A stretch of 64,000 nt of DNA, taken from NCBI GenBank assembly GCA_026770705.1, contig JANJGN010000034.1, positions 5,456,001 to 5,520,000 of the forward strand, read 5' to 3'. The DNA comes from Isurus oxyrinchus. Lineage: Eukaryota. Positions within the stretch are counted from its first letter, which is position 1, and the number at the start of each line of letters is the position of its first letter. Below the pieces are notes generated by a model that saw nothing but the letters and a program-made list of their open reading frames with translations, had not been told where the DNA came from and did no database searches. Position numbers and translations under genes: made by a program. Below, in pieces: positions 12,391-27,060 of the stretch.

Positions 12391-13498
12391 GCATCCTTAC
12401 TCCAACCATACAGCAAACACTCAACAACGACTGTCACATGGCAACACCTAAATCCCCAAGGCGCATTGTCAAACGACAGGTGTCGGAAGTGATGTTACTC
12501 TGCATTATACAAAAGTAGCATTCTTGATGTCAGGCCAAGTCGCCATTTACTCACGCACAACATTATTGAAAGACAGTGTGATGACGATTTTTCCAGCAAA
12601 TTTACAGCATTTCCAATTGCAAAATATTGAGAACATGTTTTACATCTCAGTGTATTTAATTAAAAATCTCCCCACCCCAGTAATGTGCGCTACACTTGGG
12701 ACCCTAGGGCCATTAGGTGCAGCTGGAATAGTTGGCATCGTGATCCCATGTTTTGAACTTTTATCGAAAAAAAATCTATATCCCCAAGAAATCGAACTGT
12801 CTATACCCTCAGGCGAAGAGAAAGGATCCAAGTGCATTTCAGCAATTTAAATAAGACAGTGAAATGACTGTTTGTTTTATAATTGGTCGCTGATCAGATA
12901 CCATTGTGCCACTCACAATGTCAAATTTCAATTGAAAACTAGCGACATTGGCAGCAGTTGCCTACATATCGCTACTTCTTCCACTTCAATTGATTTCAAT
13001 GAAAACTATGAGTTGTTTGCAGCGGGTGGCCGCTCGTCTGCCCAACTCCATGCCCCACATGAATTGAAATTAAACCATTGTTTCCAGGATATTTTCCACC
13101 ATTGTAATCTTCCGTTGATAGATCCTGAAAGAGCCTAGCATCCAAATAAACAAGCTGTAACTTTTCCAACATTTCAAATGTTCCACAATTCTTGGCTGAA
13201 AAAATATCGTCAATTCACGAGACTCAGAACTTTGGAATTCACCCCTAAACTCCTCTGCCTCCCGTCCGCGTTTTCCTAATTTCAAGCATGTCTGAACACA
13301 AACATTATTTCACATCTTGCATCTCTTTCTGTTGGTTCCTTTCACAACGTGTGTGATCATTCCCCAGTAAGCTGAAGGGGGAATGAAACATTGCATTAAA
13401 TTTTCAGTGCGACTATGCATTCTGATTGAGTTTAAATTGGACTGAAAACGGAGAGAGCTCCTGCGCAGTCCCAATGTTATTGTGTTTTTTTTTACAAC

Positions 13499-13568
13499 AT
13501 GTTTCAATATCAATATCAGAACCAAACTCAAAGTTTTCCGTGCCTTATCTGCAATGATCCAATGCTTG
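13499..13568 (+). CDS. Candidate first coding exon of gene B (MFQYQYQNQTQSFPCLICNDPML)
   Basis: First ATG after an in-frame stop, open to phase-1 donor ATGCTTG|gtgagg, 250 nt before exon 13819; second in-frame ATG at 13562. Confidence 0.35.
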
Positions 13569-13818
13569 GTGAGGTCAAAAATCACGCTGTTGTTGCACTG
13601 GGGCTTGTAATTGGCAAATTGTGTGATTGTATAAAGTATATCGCATTGGATGCCCAATACACAGCGGACCATTGATGTCTAACACATGAAGGAATAGGTG
13701 ACATATTGAATGGCCAATATAAGATGCACAATTGAACCAGTACTTTGGCATTACTTTTCTCATTTTTGTCACGAAAGTATCAGGTAATCTGATGCATTGA
13801 ATCGTCTCTTCTTTGCAG

Positions 13819-13845
13819 AACAAAGGTTGATTGATCAACTGGCAG
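13819..13845 (+). CDS. Gene B micro-exon (27 nt), xQRLIDQLA
   Basis: gtctcttctttgcag|AACAAAGGTTGATTGATCAACTGGCAG|gtaaat. Confidence 0.8.
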
Positions 13846-13989
13846 GTAAATAATTAATGTAGTTTTTATTACTCGAATGGCTGGGAAGTTTTCATAGTTG
13901 AATGTCGGTGTTAGCAATCCTTTCAGCTTGTTCAATTGACACAGAACAAAGGTTGTGAAACACGAGGATAGCTGGATCACAAGGGGCAA

Positions 13990-14930
13990 AATTTCAGTAT
14001 GTGGCCAATGCTCTGATGTGAGTGGCCATACTTGCAGTTTAAAATATTACGCAGGTTGACCTTTTGGAACAAATAGAAACATTTTCCCTGGTCCATCCTC
14101 AAGCGTTGAAGAGTTGTGAAGATTTCCTGTAACTGGTTGAAACGGAGGGTTTCACCACAGGTATAAGCTGGCTGCATGCAGCTGGTGATATTTGCAGGCA
14201 TCCAACAATTTACCAATGAGGACGGAGTCAGATTTTGACCTCCGTATGGTGTTCCAGTGGGCTAAACAACGTTCCTGTAGGGTGTTTTTTTTTTAATGTC
14301 CATTTGAACAAGACTACTTTGTTAAATGTCAGCTTGTGTTATTCTTTGAGGAACGTGCTTACCCTGAGGACATGACATTTTTCATTGTGGGCTAGCACAG
14401 GAAGCCACCTGATCTGTGTTAGTCACAACGGCCCAGAGAAAATCCTCACGGCATCACAAGTATGCATAACTGACATGATTCTGTGCCAGCTTCTGAGCCA
14501 GATTAGGCATTAGTCCACTGCTGGTGCGTGGAGCAGGCCAAGTGAGGCACTGCATTGTTTGGTGGCCCTGATCCTCCAAGTGCTACAAGGCCCTTGCTTA
14601 TGAATACAACTCAATCGTGGCTCCGATGTTCTGGAGGCGATGATGGTCCGTCACAATAGTATAAAGACTGATGTCCTCGTGTTTTTCCATTGGATCTTGG
14701 GTTATTGTTGGTCCGCAGAACTAGATATGAATATATTCCCTCGCTTTCCAGTTACTCAGATGGAATTCTGAAACGACAGTCTGGGGCATATTCGTGAAGC
14801 AGATTTTAAGAAATGGTAAATCTGCATGGAATGATGAATCCATGCCCGGAATCTCTTTGTCCTGGCAAACCCTGTTTAAATCATCATTATCAGCAGATAG
14901 TGGCATTGTTGTTGGACAGTGATTATATCT
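13990..14930 (-). mobile_element. Degraded RTE-like LINE remnant
   Basis: Minus-strand ORF 13977-14216 has AYTCGETL..FQKVNLRNIL, resembling the RTE LLYGCETW..F...LRRIL C-terminal motifs. Confidence 0.45.
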
Positions 14931-14961
14931 TTCTAGCTGAAATTGCCTCTGAGAGTTTGAT

Positions 14962-15815
14962 CATAAGTCCATAAGACATAGGAGCAGAAATTACAAATTT
15001 CGGCCCATTGAATCTGTTACGCCATTCAATCATGGCTAATAAGTTTCTCAACCCCATTGTTCCGCCTTCTACCTGTAACTATTTATCCCCTCCCCGATCA
15101 GGAACCTATCTATCTTGGCCTTAAATACACTCAATGACCTGGCCTCCACAGCCTTCTATGGCAATGAATTCCGTAGATTCACCACTCACTGGCTAAAGAA
15201 GTTTCTCATCATCTCTGTTCTAAAAAATATCTTCCCTTTAATCTGAGGTTGTGCACTCGGGTTCAACTCTCTCCTACTAATAGAAACATCTTCTCCACGT
15301 CCACTCTATACAGGCCTTTCAGTATGCTGTAAGTTTCAATCAGATCCCCCCTCATCCTTCTCAACTCCATAGAATATAGACCCAGAGTCCTCAAACGTGC
15401 TTCCTATATTAAGCCTTTCATTCTCGTGAACCTCCTCTGGACCCTTTTATAAAGCCAAATAGCACATCCCTGCTTTTATATTTTAGTCCTCTAGAAATAA
15501 ATGCCAAATTTGCATTTACCTTCCTAACTACTGACTCAACCTACAAGTTAAACTTAAGGGAATCATGGACTAGGATTCCCAAGTGCCTTTGCACTCTAGA
15601 TTTCTGAATTTTCTCCTCATTTAGAAAATAGTATGCTTATATTCTTCCTTCCAAGTTGCATGAACTCATACTTCCCCATGGTGTATACCTTCCGCCAACT
15701 TTTTGCCCATTCTCCTAAACTGTCCAAAGCCTTCTGCGGCGTCCCCGCCTCCTCAATACTACCTGTCCCTCCACCGATCCTTGTATCATCTGCAAACTTA
15801 GCCAGGATGCCCGTA
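14962..15815 (-). mobile_element. CR1 LINE, 5'-truncated, relatively well preserved
   Basis: Reverse complement of 15781-15799 encodes KFADDT (RT core); short repeat 3' tail cataag..cataag at 14962. Confidence 0.85.
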
Positions 15816-16300
15816 GTTGCTTCTCAACCTTCACAACCTCAGTTTCCGGTAAACAAACACTTTTCAGCAACCGCTTATGATACGTCTCGCTGGATTAACG
15901 TCAACGCAGATGAATATCGTGCAGGGAGCAGAACGAGAGAGGCCTCTGATCGACATCTTCTATTCGCAAGCAATTAAATCAAATTTTATTCCATTAATAT
16001 TTCACCTTGTCATTCATGTGTTCACTTCGTGCTTTCATTAAATGCTGCTCTCTTGGTCTGTACAACTTCTGCGGGTTAATGGAGCGGATTACTGAACAGG
16101 TTATTGGCAGGAATTTTAGCAGTGTCCTCAGCAAATTGTTTTCTGGAGAACAGGGCCCAGACAAGAGTGACATTTCCCGCATCAATTACCTTGAATTGAA
16201 TGACAGTCCATAATATGAATTATTTTGAAGAAGCATACAGAGTATTTCGAAATAAGGTTGCGATCAAACACATAAAAAACGCCTCTACTTTCCTTTATAG

Positions 16301-16336
16301 ACAATCGCAGGTTGAGAGATGAGCTGAGAGATAAAG
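16301..16336 (+). CDS. Gene B micro-exon (36 nt), DNRRLRDELRDK
   Basis: ctactttcctttatag|ACAATCGCAGGTTGAGAGATGAGCTGAGAGATAAAG|gtcagt. Confidence 0.85.
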
Positions 16337-19300
16337 GTCAGTATCATGGAATTGATTTTGGTTCAGTGGAATCTAACGGATTGCTGTTCTTTATTGTCCA
16401 TTGCACTTGTGCCTGCGATTTCGCTCCACTGTAGAAACGTTTCTCTTTGAATAATAATAAAAAAACAGCAATAACTCATGTAATATATTATATAAACTGT
16501 TAGTTCGATAATCAAATATCAAGGTTTATGCAGAATGGAAAACCAAGTAAAGCATAGTTACTGGGAGTAGCTTCCAACTATTATCTGTGAGGTCATTAAT
16601 TTAGCGTCTGAGGGGTGGGGGGGGGGGGTGGTGGGGGGGAGGTTTGGCTGGCAGCGGGGAATCCACTCTAATTAATCAAATATATTTGTATTAATGTTTG
16701 AGAATATTTACTAGATTTAGAGTATATTTTGACCGTTCTAATGAGTCAAACGTTTGGATAATAAATAACAAATACAATAAGATCACAGTAGAAATTATAT
16801 TTACAGACAGACTGGTGATTACATGGAACTCTGTAGCTCAGGAATAAATAGACTCTTCATAAATAGAAGCTCGTCAGTTAAAAAAAGTAATTTACTGAAT
16901 ATGAAAATGCCTACATAGCTCGAAGAACTAGAGTGTGAGCAGCATCAAATAAACAAAAAGATACAGAAATTGGGGCAATTAACCTGTTTTTGAGTCATAA
17001 TCCTTTTCTTAATGTAATTCTAGTTTACTGCTGGTATATTATACATACGTTGAGCATTTCTCATCGTTTGAAAGTCCTTCTTGTTGTGTTTCTTAATAAC
17101 GAATCATGCATACACAAATTTAAATATTTCCATTATCCTGTAATTGCTATATAACTTGTTCAGTATTCAAAAGGCTGGTTTGATGTATTTCCAAATTTTA
17201 CTGAATAGAGCAACTAAAGAGAAATCAGTGGTTTATTGTTCATAAGAGTATAAGGAAAAAAAGCACACATTTTGGCAGTTAATACATATTAATATCACGT
17301 GGTGGATATATGCAGGCAGATGCAGTACCGAACATTTTGCATATAAACCATTTCTATTTGTACCATAGCTCCAGTACCCCCATTCCGCATTGTTCTCTTC
17401 CTTGTGGCTGACAGGAATATAAACAGATTGCACTACACCCTAGTGTTTTCACGTTGATTGAGACAACACGCCTCTAATAAATTGATAGACATCAATTGTT
17501 ATATAAGAGCAGCAGGGAAATTGATTAAATATTATGGAAAATATACAGTGATTAGATGCGAGCCTCTTCCAGGCAACTGGCAGTATATGGTGCCGCCGGG
17601 CTCCATGACACTTCCCAACAAGCCGGTAAGCAATGCTAGCCTATGGATAGCATTGCTGCCATCAATTATGCTGCACAGCAATACCGTGCTCTTCCACCTA
17701 CTAAGTCTAAGTTACATAATGGAAAGTCAACAGATTGTTCAGCGACCAGTCGCACGAAACTCAGATCAGGAGTTGCATTATCCAGCTGCCTCCATTCTGT
17801 ACATTCTCGCGAGGCAATGTGTTGGTCAGCTTTATGCAACATTGCCTTCTGTCATGCAAAAGCACTACTCTTACATGTGGTAGAGAACAGGGCAGTTGGG
17901 TAAGACGATGCACAATTTGCCTGCCTTTATTTTTTTGTTACGCCCCCACTCTACCCCGCACCCCCCGAAAATCCCTTCTTCCCAACCAGCTGGTCAGCAA
18001 ACAAAAATTAGAACCTTCGGTGAAACAACTCCATTTGTCTTTCTAACTGTCTGTCTTCTTCGTATCTAGTTCCATGTTTTCTCATGGCCGAGGCATGGAT
18101 GCCCAGCAGTTTGCTATGAATGGCCAGTTTAACACACAAAAATGTTTTGTTTAAGCACCCGGCAGCAATCGTGTATGCTGCAGAGCCAATGCAGATATCA
18201 TTGACTTAGGAATGAGTGTGTACTAATGGAATACACAGCCTTCAGGACTTGTAAACTCCAGCGCTTTTCTGGGCAAGGGATGCCAAGGGCAGGTGTGCCA
18301 CTGCAAACCAGGGGACACTTGAGACGTTTTCTCTGGCCACGCATATATTGACAAGTCTTCATCATTGTGTGGAATGCAACTGCAAGAATCCGAGTTGATG
18401 GGCTCGAAGATGTTGCTCTAATTTTCTTGCTTAAACACATTATTTTCATCAGCATGGATAAAACAGCTGAGCGTGATGATTTCTGAATCAAGTGACAGAC
18501 TGCCGTAAATTGTGAAGGTGAGTTAGCATGGGTTAATTGGATTGTTGCAGGACAGTTGGACGTCATTTATCCAATCATAGCTGCGCCAAATTTCTGAAAT
18601 ATGTGTCTCGCTTTGTGTCATTATCCACGAAAACCTACACGTTCTTTCTTTTAAAATTCCCTTTCGAATAGTGGGCCTGCCTGCACTGTAATCTGTGGTG
18701 ATGCATTCCAGATTATAACCACATGTGGCATGAAAAAAAATGCCTCATGTAGCCATTGCATCTTTGCCAATTACTTTGAAACTGTGCACTCTTATTCCTG
18801 AAACTCTTACGTGTTGTGATTGTTTCTTCAGACTATATAATCTGTCCAGGCTTCTCGTGATTTTGAATACTTCTATAAAATCACGCACGTTGTGAAAAAG
18901 GTTCACAGTCATCAAAGGATGTTAGACAGGGTAGTTTTCACCATGTATTTTCAACTTCCATATAAGAATGCTTATGGAAGGGCAATTGATACGAGGATGG
19001 CAGACACACTTTCGGGTGGTGAGTTTCAAATCTGCAATAAGATGGTGATATTACTATGCTGATTAGGTCAGGAAAGGAGTTACACGAGTTATGCATCGCT
19101 TTGATTAAGTTATTTAGAAATATATTCTCCCCATCAAAGTCGACATGACAAAGTTGTTGGATTTACAGGCAGCATTCCGATTAACAGAAATCCACATGAA
19201 CGTGTATTTTGGAGCACCACTCGCTGAAGAAGAAGAGAATACCGAAAAGATTGCTGGCATTATTTAACAAAGGCCATGATGTTAGCAGCTCATTAAACTA

Positions 19301-19799
19301 TTATGGAACAGCCACAGGACATCGATTATAATAACGGTTTGGCTTCTGCAAGCTTGTGTGTGGCGAGGATCATGCATTGATCCGAAAGCTGGACCATCGA
19401 GAAGAGTGACGAGTTACTTGAAATGAAATGCCCCGTGCAGTTAAAACGTTTGTGATGGATGGCCAAGTGTGAAAATGAATGGCCGCTCGAAAAGTAGGTT
19501 TTGAGAGGCAGCCATTTGAGGCCGTTATACCTAGGAGCCTCATATGTTTTTGTGCATGTGCTGCGAAAATTGGGGCAACGTATGCGAAATGCAAGTCAAA
19601 AGACCTGGAAACTGTGCACCAGGATCGCATGGGTGGATTTTATCCGAACGTGATCTGACCTCTCTATGAGCCAAGCAGAAAGGGTAGCGAAGAATGTTTA
19701 ACTGTAGCAGAGGAGGAACATTAATCATAGTGTGGCCAAACTTTGAACACGCACGGAGTCGAGATAAGGAAAGACAAGCCCACCACAGCTTCGGTCAGC

Positions 19800-22700
19800 C
19801 TTCTCTTCACCCATGAACAGACGGCCTATTACTGTAATCTAGTTTCCAATTAAATTTCCTCACCACTCGAACCATTCTCCTGAGTCGTTTCTGGTCTCCT
19901 TCTCAGGGCTCTGCACATTGTCTGACGTCTGGTGGCCAGAATTGAACGTCATGAATTAGTTCAGTGCAAAGCACGTGTTTTTAGAACTTTAAAAGACTTC
20001 TCTGTTACACTATGTGTAGGGTTTTTTATTGTATTTAACACCCTATAAAACTGTTTTGTAGGTTGCACCTACATTTCAAAATGCATCATTTAACATTTTT
20101 CTACATTTACTATCTTCTGGCATTGTTCTATCCAATCCAGTAAATTCCTACATCCTTTTGAAAATATATGCTATCATCCTGACATTTCATAAGGCTTCCA
20201 ATGTTACTAGAATCCATAAATTTGAAATATTGCCATGTGCACCAATGTTTAGATCATTAAGACAATTCAGGATGAGCAAGGATCCCAACGCTGCCACTGA
20301 AGACCTCATGCACAATCCTTCTCGCATTGCAAAATAAACACCGATAAGCAAACCCTGTGTTACTTACCAGTGAGCCAATTTGGTTTCCTTGTTGATATTG
20401 TTCCTCTCATTTCAATATCAACAACTTTGCTCACAAGTGTGTTTTTGCATTACTGTTTCAAATGCTTTCTGAAAGTCAGTATGTATGAATTGAATGGCAA
20501 TCACCTCATCGACGCCCAATGATGACTTCTGGGACTTAGAAAGCTACAGAAGTCAGTCAAAGACATTTTTGTGAAATGTTATTTTTTCCAAGCATTAAAT
20601 AACTCGCTACCTGGCGTGAGTCCAACTGAAAATTAATTTTGTACAAATTGTTTGTTTTAGGCCTTTCCACACTATTGAAGTAAAGCTGCCTTGCCTCCAG
20701 CTACATTGCTTATTAACAATTCTCTAATCCTCCAACATATATGCCTAAGGAAAACTGGGAACAATGGCCAGTTCCTCAGTAATATCCACTGTCACTTCCC
20801 TTCGTACACTTGGGTGCATCTCAGCTGGTCCTGGTGCCTTAACATGGTAACGTGCCGGCAGCCTTTCCAATGCCTCATCCTTGTCATCCGCATCAAGCTT
20901 AAATCATACTGGGGTATCAATTACCTTACATTTCGCCGTGAACAGGATATATTTTTTTCCGCGCTGAAGAGCGAGGTAAAGTATTCACATAATGCGTAAG
21001 CTTTCTCCCTTACCCTCAAGTTAAAACAATCTTTTCATTCCTAATCGCCCCTACTCATTCTTTTGCTACGCTTTGACTACTTATATGTTGATAGGCAGCT
21101 TTAGCATTCCTGTTGATTTTCGTCACTATTCCCTCTTCATCTCCTTCATTACCGCTTTTTGCTTCTTCTCCATTTGCCCTCTGAACCATTATACACAATT
21201 TGGTATGCCTGTCACCTGAAAACTGTGCCTGACAGCTGTCAAAAACACATTTTTTTTCTGTTCCATCTTAGCTTGACTTCCTTATGTCATTCGTTGATCG
21301 CAGGAATTAAATGCAGGATTTGTTTCTCCAACATTTTCATTTCGAAGCAATATATATTGCAAAGCCATAAAACCAGTGTCTTATTATACAAGAAGTTGTA
21401 TGACTGTATCGAAATATCGTTGACCATAATGTTGCCCTCGTTGTGCTGATGCTCGAATATTTGTTTTTCCTTCTTGCATTTGGGAATGATTCTCTCCATT
21501 TGCCCCCGATGTTTTTATTTGCAGAGGATTCTAGTCTGCTTTTCTTAGATGACAGCAACCCTCTGATGAGCATCTGGCAAACATGTGTCTTGAATCTCAG
21601 GCAGGCAAGCGTTAACTGCTGTTTGCATGAGGGAGTATTTAGCACAGGTCTTATACCATGTAGAAAAAGCTCACTGGTCCTTTCGAGCCCATGTCGTCTA
21701 TTTGAGGAGAAGAAAATCAATCCTACTCCACTGCTCATTGCACAGATTCTTGTAAGTTTATGTATTTCAATGTCTATCCAATATTCTTTAATGTCAATTG
21801 CTTTTCCTCCCTTCCAAACCCTTCTGTGGCTGCGAGTTGGACATCCTTGGGGATATTTGTGCGAGCAACTTCCTCCTTACATTTCTCCTCTATTGTTTGA
21901 GCAAAACCTTAATTCTGTGCTGTTTAGTTCATGTAGCATAACCTAAAGTAAACTGTTTTAACCACATCTCGCAAGACCTTGCACATCTCTGTCAGGATTC
22001 ATCTCCATCTCCTTTGCTGAGAGGAATAAAACGATGCCACTTCTCTAATCTACTGTTGCCACTCAAACCCGGAATTGTTGAAACATTTTGGTAAATATAT
22101 TTTGCATACTCAACAAGGATCCTCAAGAAATTCCTAAGATCTGCTGATAATAAATTATTTGGAAGTTCTTCATAGGGCCTCAACTGTGCATTATAAGGCT
22201 TCAAAACCACTGCACTGCGCCGCTCTCAATGTCTCAATTTAGGACGGCCAAGCCCCATATGAATTACGAACATAATTCTTAATATGTACTGCCCCTTTCT
22301 AAAATCGATTCATATGCAACGCCAGCTCTCTTTGGCCCTGAAAGGACTTTGGAGCTGTGCCATTAAGCCCACAGTGGTTTTCCCTATCCACCACACCCCT
22401 GCCAAAATGCATCATTTTACACTCCACTATACAATGAAAATACTGGAACTCACTCCCGACAGTATTGTGGACTTACCTACCCTAAAGGAACCCTGCGTTT
22501 ATAAGGCATTTCGGTCCAACTTCTCAACTGCTATTTGGGATAGGAAACAATATCTGGCCTTGCAAGTGACGCCCACATCCCACAAATTAACGAGAAAATA
22601 CATCTGCAACTTCCATGCTAATTCAGCTGGCCATTCTAGGGGAACTTGAATGTGGTTCGTAATATTATTTCCTTTTGCCACTCCTTCAAGCCTATATCTT

Positions 22701-24300
22701 CAAAACTACTCATTACAAATATCGCTTTCCTTCAAGATCCATAGCATTACTGTGGAGAAAAATGCAAAAAGAAAGAATGTATTGCTGGTACAAAAGATGA
22801 TCGTTGAGGGCTATACATGAGACCATTTTCAGACTTTTCCCACCGTTAAATTCTTGAAAGGTACTCTATTAAATATTCAAATTGTCAATTATATTAATGA
22901 AGCAATATCTGCCTTTCACAAGTTCAGGCTGGCTCTCATTAAGGAGTCCTTGCCCTCCAGAACTGCTTGTGGATTTACCCGTTATTAATGTTTTGAAAAT
23001 GCATGTTAAACAAACTGCCCAGTAATACCAGCGTCATCCGCACATGCTCTGTTGACTAAGCATATTGTGTTTCCCACTCTCCAATTATCTACAGCTATAT
23101 TTGCAAATATTAAAAATTCCAAGACTATGGGAAGTGTCATTTTAGCTCCAGCCTGACATGCTTCAGCAGACTAGTTTCATGCCATCCAGACAAAATGAAA
23201 TAACTACACTAAGAACACCAGATTTCCAAATACAACATTCCTTTTAATTGTTCACCTGATTCATTGCTCCTAATACCTACACGTCCACCAAAATTTTGTC
23301 AGATTCCCTCTCCTTAACAAATGCCAATACAAGATATACATACAGCTTTCTAAACTTGTTGTGAGATCAATTTTGCTTTTACGTTTCTTCATCTTCTTAT
23401 TCACATTTTTTGCCTTTTCTTAATTTGCTGTTGCAGCAGCAGTCTTTGGACACACACCCAGATACCCACTGCAGTTGGGAGCTCCCCATATATTTATAAT
23501 TTCCTTTGTCCCGCTTGAGGCACACTCCACGCCATAATGTCAGTTTCCTTTTACATGCTGTTAGAATGTTTCTGGGATCCTTTTTTATGGTCAGCATTAA
23601 CTAATTCCATTTCATTTTTCTTGCTATCGTTATTCCTTCAACTCCCCTCTGAAACAATTCTGTCTGCTCTACCTCTGCTGTGAATAATTATTCTACCGTG
23701 CATCATTCACTCACGGTTTGTTCCATCATAATCTCTATATCCCCCTTCCTGCAAGTAATCATATTTCTGATTCGATATATTTCACCCTTGTTGAAAAGTC
23801 CCCAGTTTCAACCTTATACTACCCTATCTAGGAGGCAGGTGAGCTATCGCTTCTGAGAGGGCATCTATTCTTCCATTACGGTTCGTCGAACACATTTTTG
23901 TTGCAATTTAGCCTGGCTACTGGCCTGCACAAACCATTGAGATAGCAGCACCTCCGATCCCAGATGTTTTGTTTTGTGCCTTTCCTTCCTGTCCTCCAAT
24001 GATAATCTAAAAACTTATGATCATCACTCCTGGCCAAGTATTAATCCACAGAAACAGTGTCAATTTGCGCTAGCGTGTTACCAGCACCAGGTGAAACAAT
24101 GCCTCAGTCCAAATTTGGTCAAAAAGATAATGATCAATGAAAGCTCCTGAGTATATTTCAGAAATTCCTCCGACTTTTACCGTTTACTTGCACATTATAT
24201 CAATCCATATTTCAGTATCTAAATTCACACAGTGCAACTACGGAGCATTTCTTGCAACTCTTTGTAATTTCGTAGCAGAAATGATGCTCTCTACTTTTAA
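19800..24300 (-). mobile_element. Long, old, heavily mutated CR1-like LINE remnant(s)
   Basis: Reverse-strand RT motif remnants (tcaaatgctttctgaaagtc = DFQKAF; gatcccaacgctgcc ~ GS.LG); pyrimidine-rich antisense ORF2 texture; boundaries uncertain. Confidence 0.55.
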
Positions 24301-24539
24301 CCACAGTCGTTTAGTTGGAAGTCTGTGAATAATGTCAGTTGTTTTTCGACTATGAGTTACAGCTCTCACTGGCTGGATTCACCATTGGCCACTTACTGGG
24401 CTCTCCTCTTTTCCACAATCCAAAGCTTCACAGATCAGTGCTAGCAACTCATGTCTGGTTTTCCCACTTCTTCTCCCTTTTCTCAACTGTCATTTACTTG
24501 AGAATTGAGCGCCTAATTCTCACCATTTTCAAGAAACGT

Positions 24540-25200
24540 TTCCATTATTTTTTAAATCATTGTCGGGATGTGGGCTTCGCCCGCTGTGCCCAGATGCATT
24601 TGCTATGTATAATTCCCTTTTGAGAAGGTCGTGGTTAGCTACCCTCTTGCACTGCTGCAGTGCCTCAGGCTTAGGCACAACCACAGTGCTGTTATGGATG
24701 GAGTACCAATAATTTGAACCAGCGACAATAACGGAATGGCGTTATGTTTCCAAGGCAGGCGGGTGAGTAGGTTGGAGAGGAATTTCCCGTTGGTGATTTT
24801 CCCATGTGTCTTCTGCTGTTGTTCTTCGAGGTCCGAGCGCTCCTGGGTTTGGAAGGTGCTGCCAAAGCAGCCTTTGTTTATCCAGTGCAACTTTTAAGTA
24901 GTATTCACTGTTGCCACGGTTCACCGATGGTGGAGGAAGTGAATGTTACTGGAAAGGCCACTTATCAGGCGGCTGCTTTGCCGAGGATGCTGTCAAGCTT
25001 CTTGAGTGCTGTTGCAGCTGCACTCATGCAAGCAAGGAAAGAATATTGAAACATACCCCTGACCTCTGATTTCTGGTTGCTGGACAGGCTTGGCGGAGTC
25101 AGGAACGTTCTCCAACACTGCAACAATTTGATGCACTTCTGTACATGCCAACATGTGCGGCTCTTCAACACCTCTGGCTCGTGATCCACCTAACACTCTA
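24540..25200 (-). mobile_element. 3' fragment of the 42520-type LINE
   Basis: gggatgtgggcttcgcccgctg..gcattt is the reverse of the shared 3' tail (aaatgctggcc..gcccacatcc) seen at 33630-33680 and 45400-45460. Confidence 0.7.
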
Positions 25201-27060
25201 ATCATTGATGGGGAGGCCCGTGGCATAACGGTATTCCCTCTGCAACAGCATTCCAGGGAAAAAGGCTAATGACCAACGGATGCAATTCCAAATTTCATCA
25301 CAGCACATGATGATATTTTACTTCAATAAAAAAAAACTAAAAGACTGTCGAACCAAGAAATCATTATCGATTTCCATCAACTCAGCTGGTTCGCTAATCT
25401 CATTTTAGGGAAGTGGTTCATGCTGTCCTTAATTCTTTTGCCTACAATTGATTCCAATGACGTTGTTGCTTAATTGCCCTCTGAAAAAGGCCTATGAATG
25501 TTTGGTATTAGCTGCTGAGCGAAACATCTACGCCCAAATCTCATAACTGAATAATTAAATGAAAAAATCTCGACCACCAAAATTAGGACCAACTGCCGAA
25601 ACAATAGATTCCTGGAAATTCTCATCTGCCCTGTTGCGCCACAATGATTCCAGCTGCGCCTTAGGATCGTAAATTTGGCGTTCTGCTTAAACACAACCTC
25701 TGCAAGGTCGTGTGAAAAGTATTGGAATTTGTAAATTTGAAAAAATTGAGAGCCACGTGGGACAGTGCCCATTTACGGTGCTAGTCAATCCCCTCTTCAG
25801 CAATGTATTTAGCACGTTGATTAAACTATTCACTTTATTTTTTTTGTAAAGCTCTTTGAACAAAAAAAACAAAATGCTGTGGGTGCTGGAAATTTGAAAC
25901 AGGAACAGAAAATGCTTGGAAAACTCAGCAGGTCTAATGGCATATTTGTTGATTTTCCTCCACTTCCAATTTTGATCCCCTTGGACTTCCATTGTTTCAC
26001 TTATGCTTTCATGTGCTAACACTGATAGCAATGTTTAATTTCAGATCTCCTAACCTGAACGAATGTCCGAAATTTTACAGAGAAAGGAGGAAAAGACAAA
26101 AAGACTCACCAACTGACGTTTTACCTATTTCAATATTTTGGATATCTTTCAATGTATTTTACTCTATATAACAGAGTCGATTGGCTCTGAGCCCACCTAC
26201 TTCCCCACCTCTTAGTTTTATACTGGCTGTGGTCTCGCTTTGATCCACCTCACAATGCCGTTCTTTGTCCATTCCTCTGGCCTTTTTTTTGCTGTTGTTG
26301 TTAACATTTACATTTTGTCATAATCTCTTGTGTATCAGTTATAACTTCCTCGTCTAGACCTTATATTTGTTAGGGTACTGATCTGATATTTGACAAATTA
26401 TAAAGTTGATTCCAATAAGTTTAGTGTTTCCAGTGACTGACAAAATGGTCAATTGACCTATCAAGTCTCTACATTTCATTAAAGTAGATTACCTTAAAAA
26501 AATCTAGAATCTCGCCCGAAGTGCATGCTCCAGTGGCATCACTTCGCTGTTGCCACAACCCAAACCCCCAGTGCACCTCCGTTCTATCTCATGTACAACT
26601 AAGACCTTGAGTGTTCCACTTTGACCTCATTTTATAAATTAATTCTCCAACTGTGTTGGTCTGGTTTGGATACTGTCATTGTTCAGTGTTTTCATCCTGT
26701 AGATACACTGAAGCCATATGACACCACTAAAAGGGAGATAATTCTAAACATTGAAGGCACCAGAATGAAGCCTTTATTAAAGTACTGCGTATGTCAAAGT
26801 TTTCGTGTCAGAGTTCGACATAGTTGAACTTATGCATTATACGTTTATGTAAAGGGGAGATATTAATGCGAAGTAATGATGGGAAGGCAATTTTTCCCCA
26901 CTACTTCTATAGACCAGATAAATTCAATTGATCTCCGGAGATCTATGAAGAAAATGATTAGTCGTGTGCAGCTGTCCGGCGGTGAATGGCATGCCATTTC
27001 GAGATTCTCCGTTCCTGAACCCAATCTGGGATCCAGGATAGATTCTATGGCAGCAATATC

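Noticed and set aside
12130-12480. CKPDDCWKYHG as the start of a C-type lectin domain
   Set aside because: Stop follows immediately; no CY, WIGL or later lectin motifs downstream in the frames read.
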